A stretch of 62,953 nucleotides of DNA, counting the filler, from Neolecta irregularis DAH-3 (lineage: Eukaryota), in the NCBI GenBank assembly GCA_001929475.1. It is 6 parts of 6 records of this genome, joined end to end, with 100 filler letters (N's around TTAATTAATTAA, not from the genome) between each part and the next. Parts side by side here need not be neighbours in the genome. Positions count along the whole stretch, not along the records: positions 1 to 16,119 come from LXFE01000996.1; 5 more parts are not named here. One strand, written 5' to 3'. The position numbers and the translations under genes were made by a program. Positions within the stretch are counted from its first letter, which is position 1. Every line of letters begins with the position of its first letter. Under the pieces are notes generated by a model. That model was not told the origin of the DNA and did not search any database. It was given only the letters and a program-made list of their open reading frames with translations. Of the stretch, positions 1 through 13,573 are shown in pieces.

Positions 1-227
1 CATGTATATATAGCACCTATGTGGAAGATAGCCGTCATCCTTACGGTGACGACTAACTGCCACATAGTTAGTCCTCAGTTACATCTTCCATCCCTTGAAT
101 AATCGATACTTTCTCTATTCGACACTCAAACATTAGATATGGAGACAAAAAACCCAGGCCATTAAACATCTAAATCGCTGCATGGAACAGAAAAAACTGG
201 ACGCTGTCCCTCTCAGTACACATTATT

Positions 228-3200
228 TCATTTATCTGATGACTGTGAGAATTTCCTTCCACCCGTAAGGGTCCGTATAATATTGCCGGCGCTCTTTTCA
301 AACACACTCGAGCCTTTCATTCGAAATGTGAAGCTTTTACGACTGCTTACACTATTTTGTCTAAGCGAGGAAACTGTACAATCAGAGGTAGTGTTTGGGG
401 TGGTTCGAGGTCTAGATATTGAACTGCTGCTCGCCGCCAGGAAACTCGGACCCTTCGTCGATGTCACAATATTAAGGTTCTGAGTTGAGGTCTCTACGAG
501 TTTGAAAGGGTTGGCGATGAGGATTGGCGTGCTTGGTGATTCATTAGGGTTGGGCAAAGTCGAATTTAATAGACCAGAAGGATCTTCCAGAGGAGTTAGA
601 CCTGATAACTCCTGTGCAAAGCTTTGTTCAAACCCTAGAATATTAAATTCAAATAAATACTTGACTGTACGAGCTGCAATTGGATCGTGCTCTGCCTTTC
701 GCTCCGGAGGTATCAACGACTCGTGAATTTGAAGTAATCGTCTGAGAATACTCACCTATCCCATTAATTTACGTCGGTATAGGCTGATAGACCTGGTCGT
801 CGATAGCAGCCTTCAAAGGTTTCACAAATTCTCCTTTTCTTTTCCCTTCATTCAGGAACTCATCTCGAAAATAAATAGTCCCTGCTCTTGGAGAAGAATC
901 AAGGGTTCTTTGAATGATTTTGGTCAATGGAGAGATATCAATCTTGTCTGTTTCAGTGACATATGCATACTTTCGCTCAATATTGAGGAGTTGAGTATTC
1001 TTTCGAGAAATTATTTCGATCGCGTTTTCGATAGGACTGGCACGTATCAGGGCAACAGTGATTATTTCAGACCTCCGCAGAATTGTTGGGAACACGAATT
1101 CGGTAAGCATGATGGTCTTCTCGGTCCAATTGTCAAGGAATGAAGAAGGCGTGGTCGACGAGATACCTAGCTCCTCCCTCGTCAGTGGCCTCGAGAAGCT
1201 GAATTTGTTGACATTATTATACTTGTAGTACTCCCGAACGCGCGGAAAGACATCAGATCTTTGGAGGACAGGCAGCTGTAGATCGGGTTCTGGTTTAACG
1301 TGGGTTATTTGGATGTACTGAATATTCTGATTAAGAACCTCCTCGTCGAATGGAGTACGGGAAGTGAGTAATTGAGCTGCAGGGTACAAACTAGCTATCC
1401 TTTCGCAAAATACTGAAAGTTTTTCCCCAGGTGCGCCCTGGTAAATGAAGTCCTTATTTCGTACGGAAACTGGACAACCGAGACCGTAAAATGCCACACG
1501 AAAATATTCTGGAAACTGTCGATCATGAAGAATGATATCCTCGTAAAACATAGCTTGTTGTCGAAGTAGCTTTGGCACTTGGGCGTAATTGAATGAAGTC
1601 CCTTGATATTGCAAAATAAGTTCTCCTACAAATTTAATAGCCAGTTCCCAGGCACGGCCTTGAGCAAGTAGCTGTATTATTTGTATAGCGAGGCTTTCCT
1701 TTCGCTCAAAGGCTGTTTGTGCTGGCATGAACGGCGACTGGAGCGTAGGGAGTATGGTGTCGAGATCCCAATCGTATATATCGCAGTGTAACTTCAACGC
1801 CAGTGCACCTTCGATATAATTCTTACTAATGACATGTGCTTCTACCATCTGATGCCTACAACTTTAAATTAGGATCGACGTAGAGATTATACACGAATCG
1901 AATGTAGATTTCTTCCCGATCGAGGCCCTTAACAAATTCCATCAATCGCAACGTGTCCATGATCCGGTCATTTTGATAAGCGTCGTCTTGTGGGAGACTG
2001 TAAAGATTTATAAGGAGCTCGAAAAATTGGTCGACCGTTTGAAGAACGTTATCAAGTTTCGCCATAAAATCTTGCCCAATATTGATTGCTTCAAAAGCGA
2101 CCTGAATCTGATCGAGAAAGAACGCCTTCGATATTCGATCTGCGAGATAGCGTTTAGAATAGAATAACCTATCAAGACACTATTAATTGATCAGCCATCA
2201 ATTTTCGGTTGGAAAATCACATCTATCATCTCTATTTGAATGACTAAAATGTCATCATTTAAGGTATATTCGTTGATAATCATCGTCTGTAATACTTGCA
2301 CGGCTACAGTTCGTAGATCGTCATGATGCGAGAGACATAGTTCAACGATTGGTGCGATAAGTGAAGGGACATATTGCACCTGATATCCTCCAATTCTGTC
2401 GAAAGGAATATATTTCATATCGTCCTGAGTTTGAGACCAACCTATTTCATGCCACAGGGTTTGGAACAACTCTGCACCGAGACCCCGAATGTCTCCTGAT
2501 ATCCTCCATACCGCCCGTCGTTTCTGAGGGCGAAAAGTTTCAATTGCGAGATCTTCCGATCCGATCAATCGTAAAAGCAGCATAAGATATGATTGCCATA
2601 CAGTTGTATTAAACAATTCAGCATTTTCTGGCTCGGGAATGAATTTTTTGAGGAAAGGGTCTGCAAGAATACTCGAGATACGAAGAATGGTTTTATGATT
2701 GGCAACATGTGAAGTCAACCAAGTTTTAGGAAAGGCATCGCCGGTCAATATTGATAGACAAGAGGTGAATATCTTTTCGAGTGTGTATGCCTTTGCTGGG
2801 ATAGCTAATTCAGAAAACTTTACTCTCACCGTAGGAAGAACATTTTCGAGATTAACGACTAAACCATATATGGTCATCAAAACGGCAGAGAGTTCTGCAG
2901 TTACCTCATCGTAATCTTCTTCTTGCGGTTCTATTGAGCGAAGGTTAGGTGGATTGCTCATGTTCGAGAATGGAAATGATATAGGAAATAACTGTGTCCC
3001 TTGATTCGGAGATTTGTTGTCCTTTGCGAGACAATAGACGTAGGTGATTTTTGGGAGGATATGAAGGAAACCTTGAATGGTATCACTAGTTCCTGGTTGA
3101 ACCCCATCACTTTTAAACGTTGTCCATAATTCATTAGTCAGAATAGCTAGGATAGTTGAGCATAATCGAGCTTGTTCTCGCCACTGAGTTCTCGCTTTCT

Positions 3201-6200
3201 CTTCTTCTGGTATAGGTTCCCCGAGGATAGGTTCAATCCATTCCATGACATTCGCAAATACTGTTGGTCGAAGAGTTTTTTCCATAAAACTTGGTGAGCG
3301 ACATATCGAAATTACGAGAAGGAGTTTATATGTTGCTATTTTTCCCGCGATTTCTCGACAGGCGGCCATGAAGTCCGATGCGATCTCGAAGACTGTTGCA
3401 ACTGGGAAAATGGCTTGGAGTTCTAGCAATAGACCCATAAAGTGTTGAAGAACTAGAGTTTGGGTGCCGAGGATTGAAGAGGGCGATGCTGTTTTAATGA
3501 TATTTTGCAAACTCTTGAATAGACCCTTGATATCTTTGACGAACGTTTGTTCCTAAGAATTACTTTCAAGAAGAGAAGCACCATCATACATTGTGCTGTG
3601 GGTTGATACCAATCGTATCCTCTTTAGGTCGTTGCTGCTGACGAGCTAAAATGATGAACCTAAGAATATGTTTCCAAACTTTAATAAACATCCTTAATCT
3701 CTTCGCAACAGCTGAGTTTGATGGATCAAACAATAGTCTATGGATTGCTCTGAATATTGCCGAGTTGGCGAATGGGAAAGTGAACCGGTGATTAATATAC
3801 TCTTCAACAATTGGTTCGAAATTTGGAACTCGACTGAAAAATTAAAAATACAGGGTCACAAAAGAGGATAGTACCGGTCATACATGATACCGAGCACGTT
3901 CACAATTACATCAAACACTAAATCATCCATATGCCCTTTTGGATTGGCCTCCGTAAGGATTTCAAATAGTGAATCGAAAACTTCAGGCAACAACTTTTAT
4001 AATCAGCACCAACAAATGAATATATCTTTTTCCACACCTTGACAATTTCCATTTCGGGGACAAAGATCGTCTTTTTTAGTATCTCTCCGAGAATTTCTCC
4101 ACGTTCCTGCTCGTCCTCGTTTGCTAGCTTTTTCCACGCAAACAACTGAAGTAGCGCTTCATTTTGTGTATATTTGGTCGAACAAAGAGACGTTGAGACA
4201 TGGAGAACACTTTTCCCTACAATAGTCGTCTGGGGTTGATTTCCTTCAGATATTGGAGAAGTAGCAGATGAGGGCCGACCGATGATACTACCGGGCCTTA
4301 ATTTAAAATGCTGAAGGTCAACATAGGTTTCCGGACGGTCTGCTATTTGGTCATATCGGTATAAAATGAGTTGATGATCCCCATCCTGAACGATGGTATT
4401 TGTGAACAGTGGCATCCAGGCAATCGCCAGGGGCGCATCTAAAATTCCTTCTTTCCGCAAATTAGCGAGTGTGAATACTGCAAAAGATCCTTCGATATCT
4501 TCTGGCGGTATCCTCAGATTGATCGTTTCCATCCACTCGGGATCATTGGTATGATGTATCACAAAAGACTGATAAGTCAACGATCCGCGTTCGACACCTC
4601 CTGATCGATATATCACACGATTAATTCTTCCTCCATGTCTATCACGTATTTCTAATGACAACTGTATGCTTCGGAGAGCTGTCGACGGAGTGCTAGAGGG
4701 TGCATGGAGACCGAATTTCTTTGGAAAAGGCAATGCACCGGATAGATCTGCCTTTTTAATTGTAAGGTAAAGGTCGGAACGAGGAAAAGTCGGCGCATTA
4801 TGAAATTGGAGACGTTGGATTATGGGTGTTAATTGCAAATCTATGGGATGGGTTTTCCGAAGTGAGGCGAGAGAATCAGATGTAAAAACCGATATGCTAA
4901 CTCCGATATGATCTGCTCGATGATGTTTGACACTACAAACGTTAGCCTATTTAATGAACAAAAAACGTTCAACTTATTCGTCCGCGAATTAATTATCTCA
5001 GCAGGAAGACCTGAAATTGCATTCTCTCCTCCGGTAGGTACAAAGATCCTCATAATGAGATCAAGAGCACCATTGACCTCGTTTTGTACTCTTAAGAGTT
5101 CACTGATATCGAGAACAGCGCACCCAAAAGCTCTTCTACAGCTTTGATGAGGAACGTTGGGTACAGAAGCGATAGTCGCATTCATTGTCAAAGTCTTCTC
5201 AGGACGAAATAACATCGATACTCTTGAAGTTGTGTTTCGACCGACAGTATTCTTAAGAGGACTTCGAGACATGAGATCGATCTGGTTGACACTGAATAAT
5301 TCCTTCAAATCACCGACTTTGAACACCTGACATATCAAAAAGATTTCTCCTGAAATATCTCGAGGGATAACTTCTGTAAATAGGGCTTTACGCTGGTTAT
5401 TAGTTGATACACCCTGAGAGTTGAGTGTCATTATCCAAGGTTCCGATAATGGCTTCTGTTCATTCCCAGCGTACAGGTAAAACACCAATTCTACATGTTC
5501 CCGTTTACCTGTGCAAACAGCAGCATTGAACTTTTGTACATTTAACAGGACATGTGTTGACGAAATCGAAGAACGAATGTGTGAACTGATATCTGGTTGC
5601 ATGAATGCAGGTGGCAGAACATTCCTGTTTTGCACTTTATTTCGTGATGCAATTTGAGCTTGCAGAGCCATCAAGACCACTGGACTTGATGAATTTTCGC
5701 CATCTAGAACTCTTCCATCGACCTCGTTTCGAAGGATGATTTCGCCTTGACCAGGACGAATGCGATTTCCCTCGGTCAACCGCCAAACAGCTTCACTCCG
5801 AACTTTCTCCAGTTCCCCTTCGGTAAAAATACAGGATAAGAGCTTCTGTCTGCATGATTCGAGTTGATTTATATATTCAACGATTGTATTGAATAAAGAA
5901 TAATTTTGATTTTGGAGAAGCGGATGGAGATGAGTATGCCATTCACGAACGGCAGCCGATATTTCGTCTATTAGAGGTTCTTTTTGACCCAGTTCTGTCT
6001 CATCTCCAGCTTTCAATGCAGGTAATGGAGGAGCAGGTCTTTGACGTTCTGAAGAGGCAGATGAAGGCATAGTGGGTAGTTTTGGGATCTTTACTGAAAC
6101 TCGATATCGATTGGGAGACGACGATGTATTCTGAGAATATGCAGATGCGGTGACAGAGCGAGATCTGCGAACTACTCGGTCGTATGCGGAAGACGAATCA

Positions 6201-6622
6201 ATAATTCTACCAGATATTGATTTAGCAGCATCATCATAATTGGGTTCGACGTCTTTTCCATCCCATAGATCATTGCCCTCGGAATCGCTCAGATAGTCTT
6301 TTATATGGACAAATGCGGCGGGGAATATCCCGACATATACTCTTGGCTCGTTTGTCCCTTCTGCAACTGTAGAAAGCAAGGATGAAGTAACGACGTAACC
6401 TCTGAGCCATGCTGCAGCTTGCTCAAAAACATACACTTCATCACCAATATCCAACGACACTTCATGGGCAACAGGATCCTCGGTTGCATCCGTCTGCTTG
6501 GAAACAATACTACTACGCCCACGACTCTGCAGGGTCCGGTCGTCAGAGGCACGAAAGGGAAAGATGGCTACACCGTATCCGATGTTCTGGAGCGGTTTCC
6601 AGGGGATGAGAAGGCTGAACAT
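228..6622 (-). CDS. DOCK180/DOCK1-2-family Rac guanine nucleotide exchange factor (SH3, C2/DHR-1, DHR-2), multi-exon
   Basis: Chain of minus-strand ORFs separated by ~40-nt gaps consistent with introns. N-terminus IPWKPLQNIGYGVAIFPF with SH3-like LDIGDEVYVFE..W.RG..VGIFP; DHR-1 RSDLYLTI..HHTNDPEWMETI; DHR-2 PEYFRVAFYGLG, SPIENAIE. Confidence 0.92.
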
Positions 6623-7201
6623 TGTGCTATGGCAACACTCTAAACCTCGATTCGAGTTTCAGAGTGGACGGAGACAATTACGGAAAAGGGGGAAGCTTAA
6701 TGGTCTGCGCAATCCTAGCGTCGGGGGTCATCTAGCCTTCATTTTCGTGTTTGTTCTGTCGGTCGAAACGTGGGTCCCCGGAATGTTCCAGATCCATTTA
6801 TGATATGGTGGTAAACGACTCTAGTCATGTTTCACAAATACTGCATTGCAACGCGTATCTTAGCAGGTGGTGGTCGGGATGTTTTTTTGGGTGGTTAGGC
6901 CAAACAAAATGCAGTCTTCTAAATCTTGGGAAAGCCAGTCTCGCTGCTATTACAACAGCCAAAGACTGCTAAACACATCTTCACTCTCCAAAAAGTAACA
7001 TAAAATCTGTGGTGGTGGCTACAAGTGGCATTGGATTGTCAAAATACTCTATTTTAGAGCGGTGGGTTTTCCAGGTCACAAAGCCGAGTTTCAGATTTTG
7101 TTCTTCTCCACTGCAAATAACCATAATATCTACCAACGAGAAGCACTTTGCTTCCGCATGCTTCCACCAGTAATGCCACTATTCTGAAGTTCTGGAGAAC
7201 T

Positions 7202-7946
7202 ATGTCGAATAGGCCTGCTTTCTCGAGAATAATTATCTATTTAATTCGGCACGGACAGAACATTGACGATGCTTCAAGCCGATGGGCCGGCACAAGGGAT
7301 TATGGGTATTTTCTTTTGAAAAATTGTTTGCTAATGTTAGACTTACACCCTTTGGCAAATTGGTAAATTCAAACTTGAAAATTTGATTGATTCGAAATAG
7401 CAATCACAAGCCTTGTCCAATTCTCTAAAATTGCGCCGCTTTGACAAAATTTACTCTTCAACCCTGAGAAGAGCGAAACAAACTGCGGAATTTATCCATT
7501 CCCTGCATCCATCAATACCATTAATCGAATCCTCTCTACTGATTGAACAAAATTTGGGGAAATGCCAGGGGCAGTCTTACAACGATAAAACACTCCCACC
7601 ATTTGAAGAAACGTCCCAAGAGTTATATAGCCGCGCCTCAGAATTCTGGAATGAAATAAAGCAAGAGAAAGGTAGCCTAGTCATCGTCTCGCACGCCCTA
7701 TTTCTGGCATCATTCCTACACTTTCTATGCGATAAATACGGAGTTGAGAAGCCTACGATATTCTATATCAATACCGGCTGGACTAGTCTGTCGATTGAAG
7801 AAGGAAGATTGAGGATTTTGGAGATTAATCAGAATGGACATTTAGACACCATCCATATGACAAGAACCATGCGACCACGACAAGGTAAAGCCATCCATCA
7901 GACACGGAGGTCAATTCGTGATTACTTTAATACACAAGGTGGGTGA
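7202..7946 (+). CDS. Histidine phosphatase / phosphoglycerate mutase-family protein
   Basis: IYLIRHGQ catalytic motif; two short GT-AG introns join it to FDKIYSSTLRRAKQTA, LIEQNLG and LVIVSHA motifs. Confidence 0.85.
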
Positions 7947-10218
7947 TTCTACTCTCAACTCCTCTTGATTGTTGATTCATTGGAATTCGGTATCCGCAAA
8001 CCAAAGCTTTTTCAGACACCTGAACTAGGAAGATGTTGGTTCCTAATGGATTCCAGATTCGCCTGGGGTCATAGCAAGCCTACTTCCATGTACAACATTC
8101 GCCTGGATCCGAGTTACCATCACTTTCGGATTGCTTATCACGAAAAAGCCCCATTGTCATCTGGCTCTATACTTTGGGCTTCATCAATCTGCCTTACTAC
8201 GATGATCTATGCCTTCGGGAGAATTTCGGAGGAATTTCAAGAGTGTATATCATCTGGGATGGAGTAGGACGATATTAAATGTGTCGGATTCGACACCAGG
8301 TTTATATTTTGTCTCAATAATTGCGAGACTTCCTCATGGGACCTATCCTTCTTCACTAAAGACAACTATTTACTTTGCATACAGATATTACTCGATATCT
8401 TGTCAACGGCTGCCTTTCAATTTAGATGTGCATCAACAACGCAACTCTTATCTTCGTCTTATTCTATACTTGGTGAAAAGAGACAGGTATTATGTCTGAA
8501 GAGTGATCTGTTAGTCGTGATTCTGGCATGTCCAATGAAATCCATAAGCCTTTTTCTTTTTCTTTTTCTTTGATCGATTCGAAAAACGATCATTGTTCGT
8601 ACCGTGTCTTCAGCCTAAGAGACATATACCCCTGGTTGTGCTGATGCCCGATAATACTTGTTCCTGAAACGATCTCCGTCTTTTCAGGATGATATGCAGG
8701 CGTCTCGGTGCTCTTTCCTTTCCAGATAAGCATTGAACCAGTTTGTAATTAACACCTGATAGCACAATCCTGCCGTGTATATCACCCAAATTACATAACC
8801 AAACAAAGGTTTGGATCAACAGGAATTTGCACTTCACTCAAAGTCTGACTTGCAATGGATGATGTAGAATCTTGGTGTGCCCTCTCAACAATGTAATTCG
8901 GCCAGGTAGGGTAATATCCGCTTTTTCCAGTCAACAAAATTTGTCTTGTTTCTGTATTTGATGAGGTCGGAGGCGATGAAGATTGAGGGCCTGTCATTCC
9001 CAATGCTTTACTATTTTTTGAAATTGGCTGGGTTTATATGATTTCAAGAAGTTGCCTATTCGGGCGCTTAATACAAGTATTACTTGTTCAGGCTGTAAAT
9101 GCAAGGTGATTGTGGAAAAACCGATGTCGACAAAAGGTTCTAGCCATAGTCTTTCTTTCAAAACAAAGGGAATACGGAACTATAGACCCTTGAAGCCTTA
9201 GAATCTCTTTGTTCTTTATGGATTTTTCTTTTTTCGTCGACCAACAGATCTCGCCAACAGACACTGTACATGACCAGTTACTAGAATAGATGATCAGACA
9301 TAACTGATCGAAAGACTTGTTGGAATTATAAGTTGGCAGAGAAACTGGAATGAGTTGTCACTTTGAGTGAGCGATTCAGCAAGATCTCTTCGGAGTTCCG
9401 GCAAAAGCCAGGTACAAAAGGCTTTTTCAAACTCAGTTGCCGCTTAACAAATACCTGTCCAGCACCGAAAGAAAATAGTCGTTTCTACTGCCGGATTAAT
9501 TGAAAGTTTTTTAACAGTAGAACGTCTTCTCAGCGCGCTATAGCACCATGTAAATTATGACATGCTCTCTGTTAAGCACTTTCACTAATTAAGAGGGAAA
9601 AATAAAGGCTGGAAAGTCGCGAAACAATAGATCTATCTGATATAGTATACTTTGTCTTGAAGAAGTTTCTAAATAAACAGGACAATGAGGATAAAGGGTT
9701 CGATCATCCGCTAAATTCCCGTTGTCTAATATTAGTCAACAGCAAAATATTTTGGATTGGCACAGGAAGCATACTTTAGTACAAGCAGAGAGTTGAGTTA
9801 TTGCATAAACATTACAATTGTATCAGTATCGTGTAACATCTCTCCATCTTTGACAATTCGATCAGAGGTTTTGACATAAAACATCCTCCTCAAAGTCAAT
9901 TGTCGAAAAATTGGTTTCCTGGTATCAAAATACCACGGGCCAATAGCAATCTCAGACTCCAGGTAAGAAAAAATCTGGGCGGTATTTCAGGAGGCAGTCG
10001 TTCTAGTGCGCAGCTTTGTGAACCTTTTGTGAAAGGTCAAACAAAAGCAGCCAGGTATATTCTTTTCCATTTGAAGAATCCATTCAAAGAATCAAAAATT
10101 AGAGCAGCTCTTTTAACTACTGCTACCGACACTGTACGGCGCTTAGCATAGTTCTCACCTCAGACAGGTGTTTGATAAGACAAGGCACATGAAGAATTGT
10201 TAGCGACTGTTACAGATT

Positions 10219-10228
10219 TCGGCGGCTA
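10219..10228 (+). promoter_or_regulatory. URS1-like element TCGGCGGCTA ~240 bp upstream of the methyltransferase ATG
   Basis: Exact match to the reverse complement of the budding-yeast URS1 consensus TAGCCGCCGA; function in this lineage is unknown. Confidence 0.3.
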
Positions 10229-10470
10229 AGAAACAAAATTAAACTGCATTCGATATTTGAGTATCTCTATATTATCTAATAAGAAATCAGAAACTCAAAG
10301 TGTCACGGCCTAGTTCCAATCTCGTTTGGCTTTAAGATCTGGAAACCCGTTTCATCTAAATTTATATTTCACCACGTAAGTTCAAATAATTTAATTTGGA
10401 AAGCCGAATAGGCAAAGTCTAACAGACCACTGCCACACGTTGTCGTCAAATCGACATTGATTGGTTAGAC

Positions 10471-13400
10471 ATGAAGCGAGTCTATCGATATTTTGATGAA
10501 CCAGAAAGTGCTACTATATGCAAGTCCGATAGCGAAATGGCCATTGAGGCATCAATAAAAAGCGAGTCAGCGAGCCTCAACTCCTTTGAAACAGATGAGG
10601 ACTACGATCTCGACATCTTCAATAAGTGGCTTGACGAGCCATTCGATGATGAAGAACTGGATCCAACTTATGTCGACGAAGAAGGAGCTGGGGAAAGTGA
10701 TGGATCTGGAGACGAGGAAGAGAGAACAGCGCGGAGAATCGAAAGCCGAAAATACCAGAAGAATCTTGAAAATGTCAAGTTTAAAGTCCAAATCAAGAAT
10801 GAAGACGACAACGCAGGGGAGCAAGATGTGGTCGAGGAGGACAAAGATGCTTGGCCTATTGAGGTGGGTTGTCAAATTCTTTGTTCGTTTTAAGGATTCT
10901 AGGATAAATCAGAGTCTGCGCGATCCGGATCATTTGCGATTTTGCCGTCCTTTCGAAAATATATACAGGTCCTTTGCAAATCCATTTGGAACTCTCATCT
11001 CATTTCATTTCTAGGAAGAGAAGGACCGCGAAAGTGCAGCTAATCGAGATTCCACGTCACCTGTTCAGCAGCCCAGTAATTATACTTCGGACCCACCACC
11101 TGACACAATATTTGTACCTATTTTCTTCTTTTTCTTTTTTAGAAAAGGAAGTATATTAATATTTAGTCTTGCACAGAGCGTCAAGGGACTTTGCAATCTG
11201 AACAACGAACCGATGGTCCGCCTCTCCATCGGCGAGGGCGAATTCAGTATCGCAGAAAACCGGGAAAACCGCCGGCAAGGCTTGAAGAGCTGTTTCGGGT
11301 ATATCGAATATAAAGAAAATTTTAATTCATAGATTCCTGGACTTGTTTCTGCTACGTTTATCCCAATCAGGCGAGCCAGAGGAGATGTAGAACCAGACAA
11401 TGACAACCGGCCGCAGGAACCACGAGAACGGCCTCCAAAACGCCAAAGGGTACTCACAAAGGAAAATGATGTTCGAAGCGCTGATGTTCAGACTAAAGCT
11501 ACCACTCCTGTAAATCCTTTGCTCGAAACTGTGGATGATATTGATGATTGGCAACAAGTCGACTCCTATCGCCCATATGAGATTGGTCAATTCTGGGCAA
11601 TCGATAATATTATAGTATTTCAAGTCCTTGGACTATATACAAGGGAGGAGGAAGGGATGGAAATCCTTGCTGCTAGGATACAACTTTATCTGCCATATTT
11701 CCGTATTTTGAACGACAACCTTCACAATGATCCCAAGGAAGTATGTGAAATCAGCCACGACGATACTCCGGTATACCTTCGAATTGGTCATTATGTTCCA
11801 GAAAAAGTTCATGTAACATTTCTCCCGTGGCATGATGAAAATCCATCCAATCAGGATGGTCCGTATAAATGTCGATGGAAATATACACCAGCTGATCGAT
11901 GTTTTACATATACTGTTCCTTGTACAGATAGCTTTCGTCTTACAGCTGGAAAAACACCTACAGTTGCTGATTTTTTCGCTGGAGCGGGTGGTCTTTCAAA
12001 AGCTGCTGCCGAAGAGGGATGCAATATAGAATATGCTGTCGAAAAGGACTCTGACGCATCAAATGCATGGCGGGAAAATGCAATCGCTGATCGAAGGGCT
12101 AATTTCGCTGCGGCTTCCGGGCAGATTTTCAACATGCCAATTGAGAATTACGTCGAAAGTCTGTTGACGAAAGAGATCGAGATTAAACATGTCGACATTC
12201 TGCTTTTCGGACCACCCTGTCAGGGATTCTCGAGGGCAAATCCAGGAGGTATGAACGATACTAAAAACCGAAACCTGGTCTTTTACATTGCACAAACCGT
12301 GTTTCTTATCAAGCCAAAGTACATCATGGTCGAAAACGTGCCTGGGATCCTAGATGCGCCTGGAAAGTTTTACTTTGAGTAGGCACTATGATTTTGAACA
12401 TCATTGATGTTATAGAGCTATGCTTAAGGATCTGTTACAGCTTGGGTATGCTGTTTCATACAACATCCTTCTAGCCGCAACATTTGGCGATCCTCAAGTG
12501 CGCTATCGAGTTATTCTGGTTGCTTCTGCCCCAGGGTATTTACATCCGTATCAGCCATGCGCCCATATCACCAATACTAATGAGTTCAATACCGTTCACA
12601 GGTAGTCTGGTTCTGTCTGTTTGTAATTTCTCATACTCTTTAGAGTCTTGGAAGGTTTAAGCGCAACAACTCGAAATCATACGGCAGATCATCATCCTTA
12701 TTTATACCCAGATTGGATTTATATGAACAAACGGTACCTTCGCCTCTCTATACATCCTCAACAGCCTGCAACTACTCTTCGAGCTGCACCTACGGATCGG
12801 TGGCGGTGTCTACGAGTGATCCGTCCGAATCCAAGGGCAAACGCCCAAATCCGATTACTTACACCACGAGAAGCTATAATGATCCAGGGATTTAGTCGAA
12901 AGTTTCACTTAGAAGGTTCCTATGCTGCGCAGTTCCGTCAGGCGGGTAATGCGGTGCCACTTGGCCTTGGACGAGCTGTTATTAAATCAATCATAGATGC
13001 ATTCCGACGCAATGTCAGTGGTGCTGTTACTCCCTTTGGACGTATGATCGAGGTTCAAGGAAGGTTACCGCGTTTTGATCTCGAAGATGATGGCCGAGAG
13101 GATCTAGATATCCCACTAGTTCATCCCCGCTTGCGAATAACTCAGGACAATGAGATTGAATATCAGATTAAGGACTTGCCCAGTCTTGAGGATGAATCAA
13201 AAGCAGTGAAAGATCATGAACAAAGGATTGATCAATTCATTGTCCGAGTCCCTTACACTATTTTTGTGGAGCCAATAGCAACCCCACAATCGGAAGAATC
13301 AGGATCTGAAGACACTTTCATCCAGGAGCCTGACACTGATGAGATTGCCGAGAGATTTTCGGGTAATGATCCTAATACGCAAGAGATATGGTGTGTAGGC

Positions 13401-13511
13401 ACACAAACGTGGAAACCAAAGGGTGCTTTCAACAAGAGACAGCAAAGGTTGAGGGAGGATAATAAAGCTAAATGTGAAGCGTGCCTGAGAAATGAAAGAA
13501 GACATCAGTAG
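10471..13511 (+). CDS. DNA (cytosine-5)-methyltransferase, RID/Masc1(DNMT4)-like, with BAH-like domain and C-terminal Stc1-like zinc finger (~929 aa)
   Basis: Exons 10471-10863, 10903-10968, 11015-11113, 11167-11298, 11333-12378, 12416-12601, 12644-13511 splice in frame via GT-AG introns. Motifs: I DFFAGAGG, II AVEKD, IV GPPCQGFS, VI MVENVPG, VIII PQVRYRVIL, IX RLLTPREAIMIQGF, X QFRQAGNAVP. Confidence 0.93.
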
Positions 13512-13573
13512 AGTTGTTTATTAAGCAAATACCAGCAAGGCCTTACTTAATAAAAGTAGACTCAATATTTTAT

